Assembly (NCBI GenBank): GCA_963776275.1 | Contig: CAVZMI010000012.1 | Location: 1 to 64,000, forward strand | Direction: 5' to 3' | DNA length: 64,000 bases | From: Ignavibacteriota bacterium | GTDB taxonomy: Bacteria; Bacteroidota; Ignavibacteria; UBA10030; CAVZMI01 | Shown: in pieces, positions 33,196 through 44,970 of the stretch | How positions within the stretch are numbered: the first letter of the stretch is position 1 | How the letters are laid out: each line of letters begins with the position of its first letter | Notes under the pieces: model-generated | What the model saw: the letters and a program-made list of their open reading frames with translations, nothing else | The model's database searches: none | What the model was told of the DNA's origin: nothing | Made by a program: the position numbers and the translations under genes

Positions 33196-33750
33196 ATGGC
33201 CACGAAAATCTATACAAAAACCGGAGACAAGGGGGAGACATCGCTGTTCGGCGGAGAACGCGTTCCGAAAGACGCACTTCGAGTCGAGGCGTTTGGGACC
33301 ATCGACGAGCTTAATTCACTCCTTGGGATTATACGGTCTCAGGAACTTCCGGAAAAGATTGAAGAAATTATCGGGAATATTCAGAATGACCTTTTCGTAA
33401 TAGGAGCCGATCTGGCTGCTCGATATCAAAAAGGGAAAAAGCCGGGTGTTCCACGACTTAAGGCGCGTCGCACGGAAGTGCTTGAAAAATATATCGATAC
33501 GATGGGAGAACATCTTGTCGAATTGCGATCATTCATTCTTCCGGAAGGCGTACGGCCTGCCGCGGAGCTTCATTTTGCTCGAACGGTGTGCCGCCGCGCA
33601 GAACGGCTTATTGTCCGGCTCTCCCGAAGTGAAAAAATAACAACTACAATCATCCCATATATGAATCGGTTATCGGATCTTTTATTCATTCTGGCACGGC
33701 GTGTGAATGACATTAAAGATCATCATGAGAGAGTGTGGCCGCAAAAATAA
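33196..33750 (+). CDS. PduO-type cob(I)alamin adenosyltransferase
   Basis: KIYTKTGDKGET, G.IDELNS, RTVCRRAER, NRLSD.LF..AR. Confidence 0.92.
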   Translation: MATKIYTKTGDKGETSLFGGERVPKDALRVEAFGTIDELNSLLGIIRSQELPEKIEEIIGNIQNDLFVIGADLAARYQKGKKPGVPRLKARRTEVLEKYIDTMGEHLVELRSFILPEGVRPAAELHFARTVCRRAERLIVRLSRSEKITTTIIPYMNRLSDLLFILARRVNDIKDHHERVWPQK

Positions 33751-34003
33751 TTTTTTCTTGCATTCGATAACTATTCTTTGTACACTTCGCCGAAATCGAA
33801 TTGCCTTCCTTTCAAGAATATTTTTCACGATTTTTTTGGAGGAATGGTCGTGTCCAGATTATATTGTAATAGACATTTCATCACTTCTTCTATTAATTTC
33901 AATCCGAAATTTTTTTTAGAGCCGCATGGTGTCGGGTGTTATTTTGGAATAAGAGTCAATTCTAATCAACCTCGTCGTACAAACTTAATGTGAGGAGGTC
34001 TCT

Positions 34004-37000
34004 ATGAAGTCAACCATTTACAAATTGGTTGTATTTCTGGTGATGACAGCCGTACTCTTCACCTCTGGTGTGGCACTCATTCTTTTATGTATGACGAATG
34101 AGTCTTTTGCTCAAGGCGTTACGACTGCAGCTGTCAATGGAGCGGTGATCGATAAGTCGGGAAATCCTGTTGCAGGAGCAACCATTATAGGAATTCATGA
34201 ACCGTCGGGTTCAACGTACGGCACAAGCAGTCGCGAGGATGGAAGATACAACCTGCAGAATCTTCGTGTCGGCGGTCCGTATAGTATAACTGTTACGCTG
34301 ATTGGATACAAAGAACAAAAGAAGGATGGGATTACCCTCGAGTTGAGTCAAAATCTTCGCATAGATTTTTCGATGGTAGAGGAAGCTGTTGTTCTTTCAG
34401 GGATGGAGGTTATCGGCGAACGAAATGCATTGATGAGCGCTTCACGGACCGGTGCAGAGACGCATGTATCGGAATTTCAAATCGAATCGTTTCCGACGAT
34501 CGCAAGAAGCTTTACCGATTTTATGAAATTCACACCGCAGTTTATCGGTAACAGTGCAGCGAACCGCCCCAATCGCTATAATAACATCCAGATCGACGGT
34601 GCGGTGAACAACGATTTGTTCGGTCTTGCGTCGAGCGGGACTCCGGGCGGTCAGGCAGGAACGACGCCGATAAGTCTCGATGCAATCCAGGAATTCCAGG
34701 TCGTCATCGCGCCATATGATGTACGCCAGGCGGGATTCACGGGCGGCGGCGTGAACGCGATTACACGCAGTGGAACCAATACCATAACCGGTTCGGTGTT
34801 CTTCACCGGACGGAATCAGAATTGGGTCGGGACGAGTCCTGATGCAAATAAAACAAAATACGGTACATTCAGCGAGTATCAGGGTGCAATTCGTCTCGGT
34901 GGACCGATTCTGGAGAATCGGCTGTTCTTCTTTCTAAATGGTGAGATCACGCGTAAAAATCAGCCGGTCGATGTCGTTCTCGGCGGGCCGGGTATCAGCG
35001 GTTCAAATGTTTCCGCGATACCGGCCGACTCTGTGGCGAAGCTTTATAACTTTTTAATGACGAAGTATGGCTATAATGCCGGCGGTTATGATCAGTTTGC
35101 GGCAAAGCAGGAAAGCAATAAAATTTTCATTCGCATGGATTGCAACATTTCCGATCAACATCGTCTGACGGTACGTCATAATTACGTCGATGCCTGGAAC
35201 GATAATATGTCTCGTACCCTTACCGGCTTTTTCCTTGGAAACAGCGACTATGTCTTCAAGAGCACCACGAACCAGACGGTTGCTCAGCTGACAAGCTCCT
35301 TTGGTAATACGATGTCGAATGAGTTGATCCTCGGATATACAAGTATCCGGGATCGTCGAACGACTCCAGGTTCAGCGTTCCCATCGGTTCAGATTACAAT
35401 CGTCGGCAGTTCATCGATCACAATCGGTTCTGAAGAGTACTCCCCGGCCAATAAGCTGGATCAGAACATCTTCGAGCTGACGGACAACTTCACATACTTT
35501 GTGGGCGATCATGTGTTTACCGTTGGCACTCACAATGAGTTATTCAGTTTTACCAACCTTTACATTCGTGATTTCTATGGCAGATATGTCTTTAATTCAT
35601 TAAATGATTTCATCATGGGGAACAATCCATCACGCTATCAATACAGTTACTCCATAAAGCCCGGGGTTCAACAACCTGCCGCACAATTCGGCATTAATCA
35701 ATTTGGTTTCTATGCACAGGATGAATGGACGGTCATTCCGAACCTGAAACTTAACATCGGTCTCCGTATCGATATTCCGACATTCCCCGATAAACCATCG
35801 TACAATCACACTGTTGATTCTACCTTCAGCAGTCTCGGTGTGAGCACCGATAAAGTGCCGAGCGGCAAAATTCTTCTTTCACCGCGGTTGGGTTTTAACT
35901 GGGATGCTATGGGAGACCGCACAACGCAGGTACGCGGCGGCATCGGAGTTTTCTCAGGGCGAACGCCATATGTCTGGATCTCGAACCAGTATGGAAATAC
36001 AGGTGTTGATTTCGGACGTTTGGATGTGTCCGGTACAACAAAGACTCCGTTTTTTGTAGCGGATCCGCTGAATCAGCCAAAGCCCGGTTCGAGTCCTTAT
36101 CTCGTTCCACAATCGACGACCGAGGTTGATTTGACCGATCCTAATTATAAGATGCCGCAGCTCCTTCGCTATGATGTGGCCATTGACCGGCAACTTCCGT
36201 ATGGTTTCACCGGAACGCTGGAAGGAATCTATTCGAATGTTTTGAATGATGTAATGTATCAGGATATCAATCTCGGCCCACAGCTCGGTACCCTGGCTGG
36301 TGATGGACGTCCTATTTATGGCGACCTTCACCGGCCGTAATACGACCGCCGGTCAGATCAACAAATCGTTCACAAACGTCATTTATATGAAGAATACGAA
36401 CAGGGGATACCAGTATAATCTCACGGCACATATTCAGCGCCAGTTCTCCGATGGTTTGTTCTTCGATGCTGCCTACACTTATAATAAGGCTGAAGACGAA
36501 AACAGTGTTGTTTCAAGCCAGGCAATTTCGCAGTGGCGTTACAATCCGACGGCAGGAAATCCGAACGATCCGGGTCTCGCCCCTTCGAACTATGATGTAC
36601 GTCATCACATTATTGCATCGCTTTCTTATCGGTTTGAGTACCTGGAAAAATTCGCAACAACCGTTGGATTGTTCTTCAATGCCCAATCCGGTGATCCATT
36701 CTCATACTGTGTTGATGGCGATGTCAATGCGGATGGTCAGACCAGCAACGATCTTTTTTATATACCGAAAGATAAGAACGATATCATCCTGGTAAAAAGC
36801 GGCTCGAGCGATACCCGCACGACCGATCAAATCTGGGATCAGCTTGATTCATACATAAATAACGATGATTATCTGAAAGACCATCGCGGTCAGATCATGC
36901 AGCGCAACGGCGCGCGTACATCATGGTCGAAATATCTTGACCTGCGTATCACACAGGATATCCCGACCATCGAAAAGCACAATCTGCAGATCACTCTTGA

Positions 37001-37208
37001 TATTTTAAATGTCTTGAATCTTCTGAACCATGATTGGGGGTACATCAGGTATGTGCCGAATCAAAGTGATCTCCTTGTACGATTCGAAGGCCTTGATGCG
37101 GCCAACCAAAAGGCGACTTATAGTTTTAAACATGCTCCGGATCCGTACCAGACATCGCAATTGAGCTCACGCTGGCAAATGCAGCTCGGTGTTCGATATT
37201 CGTTCTAG
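34004..37208 (+). CDS. Oar-like TonB-dependent receptor (frameshift near 36325)
   Basis: Signal peptide, carboxypeptidase-regulatory-like N domain, NNIQIDG, ISLDAIQE, GG.VNAITRSGTN, SPRLGFNWD, C-terminal QLGVRYSF. Confidence 0.88.
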
Positions 37209-37228
37209 CCCTCAATATATATTCTTTC

Positions 37229-37264
37229 AAAAAGCCGATCTCCCCTTCAGAGGTCGGTTTTTTT
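37229..37264 (+). terminator. Rho-independent terminator
   Basis: AAAAGCCGATCTC...GAGGTCGGTTTTTTT. Confidence 0.7.
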
Positions 37265-37340
37265 GCGTCTTGACCCCCTCGACTCGTTCACTGCGTTCAC
37301 TCGCTCCACGAAGTGGTACTTTAGTGCGGGGTAAACTCAA

Positions 37341-37490
37341 CCTTTACCTTTACCTTTTCCTCTACCTTTTCCTCTACCTTTACCTTTTACTTTACCTTTT
37401 ACTTTACCTTTTACTTTACCTTTTACTTTACCTTTTACTTTACCTTTTACTTTACCTTTTACTTTACCTTTTACTTTACCTTTACTCTTC
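37341..37490. repeat. Pyrimidine-rich simple tandem repeat
   Basis: TACCTTTTACTT x8 perfect (37381-37476) with degenerate hexamers on both sides. Confidence 0.95.
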
Positions 37491-37602
37491 CTCATTGACT
37501 TTTGATCGTTTTTTTAATAACTTTTTAGAAGTATTTTATTGCATGGTTGATATGTGGTGCAACCTTGAATACTAAATCGTTGTTGGGAGAGTAGAGGCAC
37601 GA

Positions 37603-37959
37603 ATGCTTGAGAGTTATATTCCCATTATGATTATGCTCGGTGTTGGAGTACTGATGGCGCTTATCTTCTCCAATGCAAGCACGCTTTTCGGACCGAAGCG
37701 CCCGACCGAAGAAAAATATTCCACATACGAAAGCGGAATGGAACCGGTCGGAACAACGAAGGAACGAATATCGGTGAAGTATTACATGGTCGCCATGCTC
37801 TTCATCGTTTTTGATATTGAAGTAATCTTTCTCTATCCATGGGCAGTAAATTTCAGGCTTCTAGGTCTTTTTGGTTTTGTTGAAATGTTCATTTTTATAC
37901 TGATCCTTCTTGTGGGGTATTATTATATATTGAAGAAAGGTGCGTTGCGATGGGATTAG
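37603..37959 (+). CDS. nuoA: NADH-quinone oxidoreductase subunit A
   Basis: K...[23 protein letters not shown]. Confidence 0.95.
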   Translation: MLESYIPIMIMLGVGVLMALIFSNASTLFGPKRPTEEKYSTYESGMEPVGTTKERISVKYYMVAMLFIVFDIEVIFLYPWAVNFRLLGLFGFVEMFIFILILLVGYYYILKKGALRWD

Positions 37960-38447
37960 AAGGACACGATCCGTTGAAGAATGGATTTCTTACAACCCGT
38001 CTGGATGCACTGCTCGCCTGGGCGCGAAAGAATTCGCTATGGCCGATGCCGATGGGTATCTCCTGCTGTGCCATCGAAATGATGGCGGTGGTCGATCCGC
38101 GGTTCGACCTGTCACGATTCGGATCGGAAGTGATGCGTTTTTCACCCAGACAGTGCGATGTGATGATTGTTGCGGGAACCGTCACATACAAAATGGCCAG
38201 GGTTGTAAAAAAGATTTACGATCAGATGCCCGATCCGAAATGGGTAATCTCGATGGGAGCGTGCGCGTCATCGGGCGGAATGTTCCGATCATACGCGGTT
38301 GTCCAGGGGATCGATCAGTTTCTTCCTGTTGACGTGTACGTCGCCGGCTGCCCGCCGCGTCCTGAGAATTTGATGAATGCCTTATTGATGCTGCAGAAAA
38401 AAATTGCGGAAGGGGAAGGCCGGATCCCGAAAACCGGTGTATATTGA
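37950..38447 (+). CDS. nuoB: NADH-quinone oxidoreductase subunit B
   Basis: [31 protein letters not shown]. Confidence 0.95.
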   Translation: MGLEGHDPLKNGFLTTRLDALLAWARKNSLWPMPMGISCCAIEMMAVVDPRFDLSRFGSEVMRFSPRQCDVMIVAGTVTYKMARVVKKIYDQMPDPKWVISMGACASSGGMFRSYAVVQGIDQFLPVDVYVAGCPPRPENLMNALLMLQKKIAEGEGRIPKTGVY

Positions 38448-38463
38448 TGAGAAGGTCGGTTAA

Positions 38464-38943
38464 ATGACATACGACGAAATACTTACGGGGGTTACTGCGA
38501 AGTTTCCATCATCGGTCATCTCCTCGAATGTATATCGGGGCGAGCTGACGATGGTGATCCGCAAAAGCGACATCATTCAAGTATGCGAGTTTTTAAAAAA
38601 TGAATGTTCGTTCGATGCATTACGTGACCTGTTCGGACTCGATATGAACACGCCCGTTGATCGGTTTTTTGTTGTGTACAATCTGTATTCTCTGGCGACA
38701 CGACGCCGGATAAGGTTGAAAATCCCGGTTGACGAAAAAGATCTGAATGTCCCGACGGTCACCGGCATCTGGTCTGCGGCAAATTTTCATGAGCGGGAAG
38801 CGTATGATATGTTCGGCATAAACTTTACGGGTCATCCTGATTTGCGCCGCATATATATGCCAGAGGATTTTGAATATTTCCCGCTGCGGAAGGATTTCCC
38901 TCTGATGGGCATTCCCGATTCGATTCCTCTTCCTAAGAAATAA
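38464..38943 (+). CDS. nuoC: NADH-quinone oxidoreductase subunit C
   Basis: ERE.YDMFG..F.GHPDLRRI, PLRKDFP. Confidence 0.95.
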   Translation: MTYDEILTGVTAKFPSSVISSNVYRGELTMVIRKSDIIQVCEFLKNECSFDALRDLFGLDMNTPVDRFFVVYNLYSLATRRRIRLKIPVDEKDLNVPTVTGIWSAANFHEREAYDMFGINFTGHPDLRRIYMPEDFEYFPLRKDFPLMGIPDSIPLPKK

Positions 38944-38949
38944 TTCCGT

Positions 38950-40200
38950 ATGGAACAACAAAGTACGTACCGTAGTAAAATTCTCGCTGCCCTTGAAAAT
39001 CAGGATACCAGCGTCATCTTCGATGATACACTCGAAAATGCCATGGTATTGAATATGGGGCCGCAACATCCGGCAACGCACGGCGTCTTACGTCTGCTCC
39101 TGCGGCTGGACGGGGAAACGGTGATAAAGGCTGTGCCAGATCTGGGGTATCTTCATCGCGGATACGAAAAGATTGCCGAGAACTCGACATATCACGAATT
39201 CATTCCGCATACCGACCGTCTTGATTATCTCTCGCCTTTATCTAATAACGTTGCCTATACACTGGCTGTCGAAAAGTTAGCCGGTATCGAAGCTCCGCCC
39301 CGTGCACAATATATCCGCGTTATCGTATCGGAAATGGCCCGTATCGCATCGCATCTGGTTGCAGTCGGATCCATGGGTCTGGATGTCGGGGCAGTAACTA
39401 TTTTGCTCTGGACATTCCGTGAGCGCGAAAAGCTCCTGGATATCCTTGACATACTAACCGGCGCCCGATTCACGAGCAGCTACGCCCGTATCGGCGGCGT
39501 GATGCAGGATCTGACGGATGAATGTATCGCAGCTTTACGATCGTTCCTCGATCAATTTCCGGCGAAACTTGATGAATGTACAGGCCTGTTGAATAAAAAT
39601 AGAATTTTTGTCGATCGCTGTGATGGTATCGGAGTGATTTCGAAGGAAGATGCAATTGCGATCGGATTAACCGGACCAAATCTACGCGGTGCCGGTGTGG
39701 CTAATGATGTGCGGCGTGATGAGCCTTATCTCGTCTATGATCAACTCGATTTTGACGTGATAACGGTCGAAGGAGGAGACGCACTTGCACGATACCACGT
39801 CCGCGTTCGCGAGATGAAAGAGAGCGTCCGGATTCTCTATCAGGCGCTCGATAAACTGCCGAAAGGACCTATCCTGGCCCACGACAAGCCGAAGCGCGTT
39901 CTTCCACAGAAAGAACGCGTTTACACAAAGATGGAAGAGCTGATCCATGATTTCATGCTGGTGAATTTCGGTATCAATCCGCCGGTCGGTGAAATCTATC
40001 AGCCGTTTGAAGCGCCGAAAGGCGAACTTGGTTTCTATATCTATAGTAATGGAAGCGGATATCCATGGCGAATGAAAATTCGTTCGCCGTCGTTCGTGAA
40101 TATCCAGTCGATTCCGATTGTTCTCAAAGGGGCAATGATATCGGATATCGTTGCAGTTATAGGCAGTCTCGATCCGGTGATGGGAGATGCGGATAAGTAG
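38950..40200 (+). CDS. nuoD: NADH-quinone oxidoreductase subunit D
   Basis: NMGPQHPATHGVLRL, GYLHRG.EK, DRLDY, EAPKGELG. Confidence 0.95.
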   Translation: MEQQSTYRSKILAALENQDTSVIFDDTLENAMVLNMGPQHPATHGVLRLLLRLDGETVIKAVPDLGYLHRGYEKIAENSTYHEFIPHTDRLDYLSPLSNNVAYTLAVEKLAGIEAPPRAQYIRVIVSEMARIASHLVAVGSMGLDVGAVTILLWTFREREKLLDILDILTGARFTSSYARIGGVMQDLTDECIAALRSFLDQFPAKLDECTGLLNKNRIFVDRCDGIGVISKEDAIAIGLTGPNLRGAGVANDVRRDEPYLVYDQLDFDVITVEGGDALARYHVRVREMKESVRILYQALDKLPKGPILAHDKPKRVLPQKERVYTKMEELIHDFMLVNFGINPPVGEIYQPFEAPKGELGFYIYSNGSGYPWRMKIRSPSFVNIQSIPIVLKGAMISDIVAVIGSLDPVMGDADK

Positions 40201-40406
40201 GTTTAAGGTTGAAGGTTTAAGGTTGAAGGTTTAAGGTTGATGTAAACTCTTCGACTCTCCACCTACGCTCCGCTGGTGCAGAGCGTCGAAGGATCGTTGA
40301 GGGCGAGAATGAAAAATTAAAAAGTAATTTATATTATTAAGCACCAAACTCTGTGTCCTTTGTAGGCTGCCACCGTATCAGACTTTGTGTACTCTGTGGT
40401 TAAATT
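40199..40406. repeat. Intergenic repeat cluster: AGGTT(T/G)A heptamers, a REP-like hairpin and CT(C/T)TGTG motifs
   Basis: AGGTTTA/AGGTTGA x6 at 40199-40240; CTCTGTGTCCTTTGT...CTTTGTGTACTCTGTGGTTAAA near 40349-40404. Confidence 0.75.
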
Positions 40407-40476
40407 TTAGAATCAGCTATTTCAAATTAATAAGACCACTAAGATCGACATGGATTTATCAAATATAATACGATAA

Positions 40477-40941
40477 ATGCTCACACAAGAAAATCTTAAT
40501 AAAGTTGAAAAGATCCGGAAGCGCTACCCAACGGCGCAGGCTGCGCTTCTGCCTGTACTTTGGATAGCACATGAGCAGGAGGGATGGATCTCGGAAGAAA
40601 CGATGAGATATGTAGGAGAACTCCTCGGACTTCCATTGGCCCATATTCTCGGCGTCGTCACATTCTATACGATGTTTAATACAAAGAAGATAGGCAAATA
40701 TCATATACAAGTCTGTACAAATATTTCCTGTCAGCTTCTCGGCAGTGAAACGATCATGGAATACGTTTCGAAGAAAACAGGATGCAAGAAGGGCGAGACA
40801 AGTCCTGATGGACTTTTCACACTCAGCGAAGTTGAATGCCTCGGTTCATGCGGTACTGCACCGATGATGCAGGTCAATGATGATTATTATGAGGATTTAA
40901 CGTTCGATAAAATCGATGCAATAATTGCATCGATGAAATAA
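40477..40941 (+). CDS. nuoE: NADH-quinone oxidoreductase subunit E
   Basis: V.TFY.MF, VCTNISC, ECLGSCGTAP. Confidence 0.95.
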   Translation: MLTQENLNKVEKIRKRYPTAQAALLPVLWIAHEQEGWISEETMRYVGELLGLPLAHILGVVTFYTMFNTKKIGKYHIQVCTNISCQLLGSETIMEYVSKKTGCKKGETSPDGLFTLSEVECLGSCGTAPMMQVNDDYYEDLTFDKIDAIIASMK

Positions 40942-40945
40942 GGTA

Positions 40946-41050
40946 GTCCCGTAGGTCTACGATCCCGACGAGTCGTAAGACCGTCGGGGGACGGAATATT
41001 TATAGACAACAATAGAAACAACGTATGAGCTCCGTCAGGAGCGACATATC
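40946..41050. repeat. REP-like pair with a nested palindrome
   Basis: GTCCCGTAGG[..CCCGACG...CGTCGGG]GGACGGAATATT and GCTCCGTCAGGAGCGACATAT. Confidence 0.6.
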
Positions 41051-41093
41051 AGTGCTTCATTGATTTTTTTCATTTCAATCACAGCAGGTAATC

Positions 41094-42332
41094 GTGGAAA
41101 AACTGATATTACCGGACATACCGAATCTCCATCAGATTGATATCTATGAAGAACATGGAGGCTATTCGGCACTCCGCAAGGCATTGACCATGAAGCCCGA
41201 GGATGTGACGGAGGAGGTTAAAAAATCGAACCTCCGCGGTCGGGGAGGTGCATGCTTCCCTACGGGGTTGAAATGGACTTTCATGCCGAAGAATTCCATG
41301 AAACCGAAATATCTCTGTGTCAACGGCGACGAGAGCGAGCCGGGTACTTTCAAAGACCGGCAGATATTCGAATTCAATCCGCATTTGTTGATCGAAGGAA
41401 CAATCATAGCATGCTACGCGATGGGGGTTGCCATGGCATATCTCTATATCCGCGGAGAGTATGTCAAATGGATTAAGCTGATGGAGAAAGCCATCGCCGA
41501 TGCATATGCGAAAGGATACATAGGGAAAAATATTCTGGGAGGTAATTTCAGTACAGATTTTTATGTACATAGAGGAGCCGGAGCGTACATCTGCGGTGAA
41601 GAGTCTGCATTGATGAATTCGATCGAGGGAGACCGGGGATACCCGAGAGTGAAGCCGCCTTTCCCGGCTCAGAACGGATTATGGGGATGTTCCACGACGA
41701 TCAATAACGTCGAGACGATTGCGAATGTGCCGATCATTATCAACCGAGGCGCTGAATGGTACTCGGCAATCGGCGCGCCGAAACATCCGGGCCCGCTTCT
41801 ATATGGTATCAGCGGACATGTGAACAAACCGGGCGTGTACGAGCTTCCGACAGGCGAACTGTTGACCGAATTGATTTACACTGTGGCCGGAGGCGTACGA
41901 GGGAATAAAAGGATTAAAGCGGTGATTCCGGGCGGTTCATCGACAATGGTTCTTCGCGGCGATCAGATCGAGGGTGTTCGGATGGATGCCGACTCCCTGA
42001 AAGCCGCGGGCTCGTCAATTGGGACAGCCGGTGTGATCGTGATGGACGAAGATACCGATATCGTGAAGGCACTCACGCGCATTACGAAATTTTATTATCA
42101 TGAGTCGTGCGGACAATGCACGCCCTGCCGCGAAGGAACCGGATGGATGCTGAAAATACTAAAACGCATTGAAGTCGGAGACGCGACTACAACCGATATC
42201 GACCTTCTTGTCGATGTTGCGAATAATATCGAGGGAAACACCATCTGTGCACTTGGAGATGCAGCCGCATGGCCGGTACAGAGCTTTGTGAAGCGGTTTA
42301 GAGAAGATTTTGAGAAAAAGGTAAAGAATTAG
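41094..42332 (+). CDS. nuoF: NADH-quinone oxidoreductase subunit F
   Basis: [45 protein letters not shown]. Confidence 0.95.
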   Translation: MEKLILPDIPNLHQIDIYEEHGGYSALRKALTMKPEDVTEEVKKSNLRGRGGACFPTGLKWTFMPKNSMKPKYLCVNGDESEPGTFKDRQIFEFNPHLLIEGTIIACYAMGVAMAYLYIRGEYVKWIKLMEKAIADAYAKGYIGKNILGGNFSTDFYVHRGAGAYICGEESALMNSIEGDRGYPRVKPPFPAQNGLWGCSTTINNVETIANVPIIINRGAEWYSAIGAPKHPGPLLYGISGHVNKPGVYELPTGELLTELIYTVAGGVRGNKRIKAVIPGGSSTMVLRGDQIEGVRMDADSLKAAGSSIGTAGVIVMDEDTDIVKALTRITKFYYHESCGQCTPCREGTGWMLKILKRIEVGDATTTDIDLLVDVANNIEGNTICALGDAAAWPVQSFVKRFREDFEKKVKN

Positions 42333-42440
42333 GTTGAGGTAGAAGAAAAGGTAAAGGTAGAGGTAGAGTTAAAGGATTTCTCTACTTTGTGTCCTCCTGA
42401 TGGGATATCTTCAACGTTCTTAGTGTCCTCCGTGGTTCAT
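42331..42440. repeat. Purine hexamer repeats and CTTTGTGTCC-type motifs after nuoF
   Basis: AGGTTGAGGTAGAAGAAAAGGTAAAGGTAGAGGTAGAG, then CTTTGTGTCCTCC...CTTAGTGTCCTCCGTGGTT. Confidence 0.7.
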
Positions 42441-42456
42441 CTTTATGGCAATTTCC

Positions 42457-42483
42457 GGAACATTTTAGCCGCTCATTCGTCTA
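42457..42483 (+). promoter_or_regulatory. ECF sigma (RpoE-like) promoter, probably autoregulatory
   Basis: GGAAC-N16-CGTCTA directly upstream of the ECF sigma gene. Confidence 0.7.
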
Positions 42484-42536
42484 TTACATTGTACCATTGC
42501 AGCTAATTAGTTTGCAATAAACAAGTTAAAGTCTGG

Positions 42537-43175
42537 ATGCACTCATTACAGAATCCAATGACTGAATCCCCCGGAGAAACGCGTGGTACACAGGCCAAAG
42601 CGGCGCGGGGGGAGAACGACGCTAAGATCGACGAGCGCCTGATCCGCGATTTCCTCGATGGAAAATCCGACGCTTTCATGCATCTGGTCCAGCGTCATCA
42701 GGAACGTGTGCGCAATCTGATCTATTCGATTCTGGGATATACGCAGATCGTCGACGATCTTGCACAGGATGTGTTCATCAAAGTATATCAATCGCTCCCG
42801 AATTTTCGTTATCAGTCCTCTTTCGCCACCTGGCTCTATCGCGTCACCGTGAATCGCTGCCGGGACGAAATCAGGCGCAGCAAAGTACGCAGAATGTTCA
42901 GGCTTGAGTCGCTGCAGGAAAGGGATCATCCTGTGGAATCGGAATCGACGGATCGGACGGAGCGTATACTCGTCAATGAAGCTTTAAATGCGGCATTACG
43001 ACAATTATCAGAATCTCACCGTACAATTGTTCTCTTGAAAGAAGTCGAAGGATTGCGATACGAAGAGATCGCGGAAGTATTACAGTGCGGAGTCGGGACG
43101 GTCAAGTCGCGGCTCGCACGAGCCCGCATTCGGCTGAAGCAACTTTTACAACCGTATGTGGAGGAGGAGGTATGA
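42537..43175 (+). CDS. ECF RNA polymerase sigma factor
   Basis: DLAQDVFIK, SSFATWLYR...N, YEEIAE.L....GTVKSRL.RAR. Confidence 0.93.
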   Translation: MHSLQNPMTESPGETRGTQAKAARGENDAKIDERLIRDFLDGKSDAFMHLVQRHQERVRNLIYSILGYTQIVDDLAQDVFIKVYQSLPNFRYQSSFATWLYRVTVNRCRDEIRRSKVRRMFRLESLQERDHPVESESTDRTERILVNEALNAALRQLSESHRTIVLLKEVEGLRYEEIAEVLQCGVGTVKSRLARARIRLKQLLQPYVEEEV

Positions 43176-44833
43176 AATCGCATATTGATAAAAAAACAGA
43201 GCGGCTTCTCTCTGCCTATATCGACAATGAAATAACGCCGGAAGAGCGCCGAATTGTTGAAGAGCAGATTCAACATAACCCGGCATGGAAGCGCGAGCTG
43301 CTACGCATGCGCCGAGTGCAGGGAATCGTCGCGGCAAAAGAACCGGTCGGACAGTCGCAATATTTCTGGACAAAGCTTTCGGCACGGATCGAGGATGAAC
43401 AGCTTCATCCGAAGGAATCGTTTTTTCCGTTCCAGCGGAAGTGGCTGCCTGTGACATTAGGTGCCGGTATTGCCGCCCTACTCATCATCATTTTCACTCT
43501 TGTATACCAAAAAGAGTCGATCGTGCAGTACGTCGATACGCAAACGTCGCAGATACGCGATTGGTACGAACAGAATATGTTAAGCGGAAAAGTAAGCACG
43601 CTTGCCAGCATGCTCTCGAACGACGATGTCTTCAATTTCGCGATGACCGGATCGCTGCCGGTAGACAAAGCGAATGGGAAGATGCTGCAGTTCGGCGATC
43701 AGCCGTCGAACGGACATTTTGTCGAAGCCGAGAATTCAACGCCGCAGCAGGCGAATATGACCACGGCAGCTCTTGTAAAGCGGCTCGGGCTTGACAGGTC
43801 GCAGTCGATTGCAATCGATTCGCTCCTGCAAACCTATCGCAGTCGTCTCGAAAACAGCATGCTCGTATCGCAGGAAGCCGATTCACAGTTCATGGCAATC
43901 AACGCTGATGTATGGACGATGAATAAAGTGCTGATGGTTGATATTGCTAAAACACTCACACATCCGCAGAGGAAGCATTTTGCAGGGATGCTCGCTTCTG
44001 CGAATGCACCTGTGAAATTAAATCTGGAAGCGCTCGATTCACCGATGACCGATACGGTGATTATTAATTTTGGGAAGAAAAGACCATCGCGCCAGTTTGT
44101 CATTATCACGCCCGATACTTTGTTTGTTAAAAACGTGACAAAACAGTTTTCAGATAGTTTTGCGGTTCGCTGCGAACAGGTGAACAATGAAGTGCGGAGA
44201 CACTATGAATTGTTAGCGAAACATTCACCCGAACGCGCAGCAGATATAATTGAGAATCTGAAACGTCATCAGGCATTTCGTGATAAGGTATTTGAGAAAC
44301 GAGTAGATTCATCGATTCGGCAGTATTATGCTGATAGTCGAAGTCTCGATGATAAGATGAAAAGATCGGAAGGTGAATATCAGGATTACAATGCAGCCGT
44401 CCAACAAGCCGAGCGAATGCTGAAATCTCTTCCCGATTCCATGACGCTGCGCATCGAGATCAACAGGCAGCTTGGTGTCATGCCGGATAGAATGACGGTC
44501 ATGATGAATAATATTGTAATGACGCAGTCTCTTTCGGCGCCGCATCCGTCTGGAAATGCAAGAATGTTAAAGCCGCACCCGGTAGATTCCGGTATGATAT
44601 GGCACATCCAGATGCCCGATTCGATCCGGATGGTGATGATGCCGCGGCAGCGGGGAGTTGTTCTCGCCGGCGATCAATCGGTACAGGTCGACAGCTTTAT
44701 GAAAGACGGCTATCGAAAAGTGGCGGAAATAAAATCTATACGGTCGCGGCAGGACCTCGAAAAGCGTTTACGCCAGCTCGAAAAAGAACTACAGGAAATG
44801 AGAAAACAAATGGAGAAACTTGAGGAGCCGTAA
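43172..44833 (+). CDS. Membrane anti-sigma factor-like protein
   Basis: ATGA overlap with the sigma gene; LLSAYIDNE...E...VE N-terminal domain, single TM helix, long periplasmic part. Confidence 0.75.
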   Translation: MKSHIDKKTERLLSAYIDNEITPEERRIVEEQIQHNPAWKRELLRMRRVQGIVAAKEPVGQSQYFWTKLSARIEDEQLHPKESFFPFQRKWLPVTLGAGIAALLIIIFTLVYQKESIVQYVDTQTSQIRDWYEQNMLSGKVSTLASMLSNDDVFNFAMTGSLPVDKANGKMLQFGDQPSNGHFVEAENSTPQQANMTTAALVKRLGLDRSQSIAIDSLLQTYRSRLENSMLVSQEADSQFMAINADVWTMNKVLMVDIAKTLTHPQRKHFAGMLASANAPVKLNLEALDSPMTDTVIINFGKKRPSRQFVIITPDTLFVKNVTKQFSDSFAVRCEQVNNEVRRHYELLAKHSPERAADIIENLKRHQAFRDKVFEKRVDSSIRQYYADSRSLDDKMKRSEGEYQDYNAAVQQAERMLKSLPDSMTLRIEINRQLGVMPDRMTVMMNNIVMTQSLSAPHPSGNARMLKPHPVDSGMIWHIQMPDSIRMVMMPRQRGVVLAGDQSVQVDSFMKDGYRKVAEIKSIRSRQDLEKRLRQLEKELQEMRKQMEKLEEP

Positions 44834-44863
44834 CAGCTCGACCACGGCATTTCTCAAGGGGGA

Positions 44864-44903
44864 AAGGGCGCCCTAGCTGTCTATCAGGCTAGGGCGTCTT
44901 TTT
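44864..44903 (+). terminator. Rho-independent terminator
   Basis: GGGCGCCCTAGC...GCTAGGGCGTC followed by TTTTT. Confidence 0.8.
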
Positions 44904-44964
44904 AAATTGTGAATTGTGAGTTGTGAATTGTGAATGTTGATCAAAGCCTGTTAAAGGAAAATCG
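44903..44964. repeat. TTGTGAA heptamer tract; left copy of a direct repeat (right copy 46296-46415)
   Basis: TAAATTGTGAATTG(T/C)GA...GTTGTGAATTGTGAATG...ATCAAAGCCT.TTAA.GGAAAA.CG in both copies. Confidence 0.8.
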
Positions 44965-44970
44965 TTCGGG

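Noticed and set aside
33750-34003. Cobalamin riboswitch between the adenosyltransferase and the TonB receptor
   Set aside because: I could not see a B12-box or the conserved GGGAA core. An Rfam scan would settle it.
37189-37575. ORF with LYLL repeats
   Set aside because: It is a translation of the 12-bp simple repeat and crosses a terminator.
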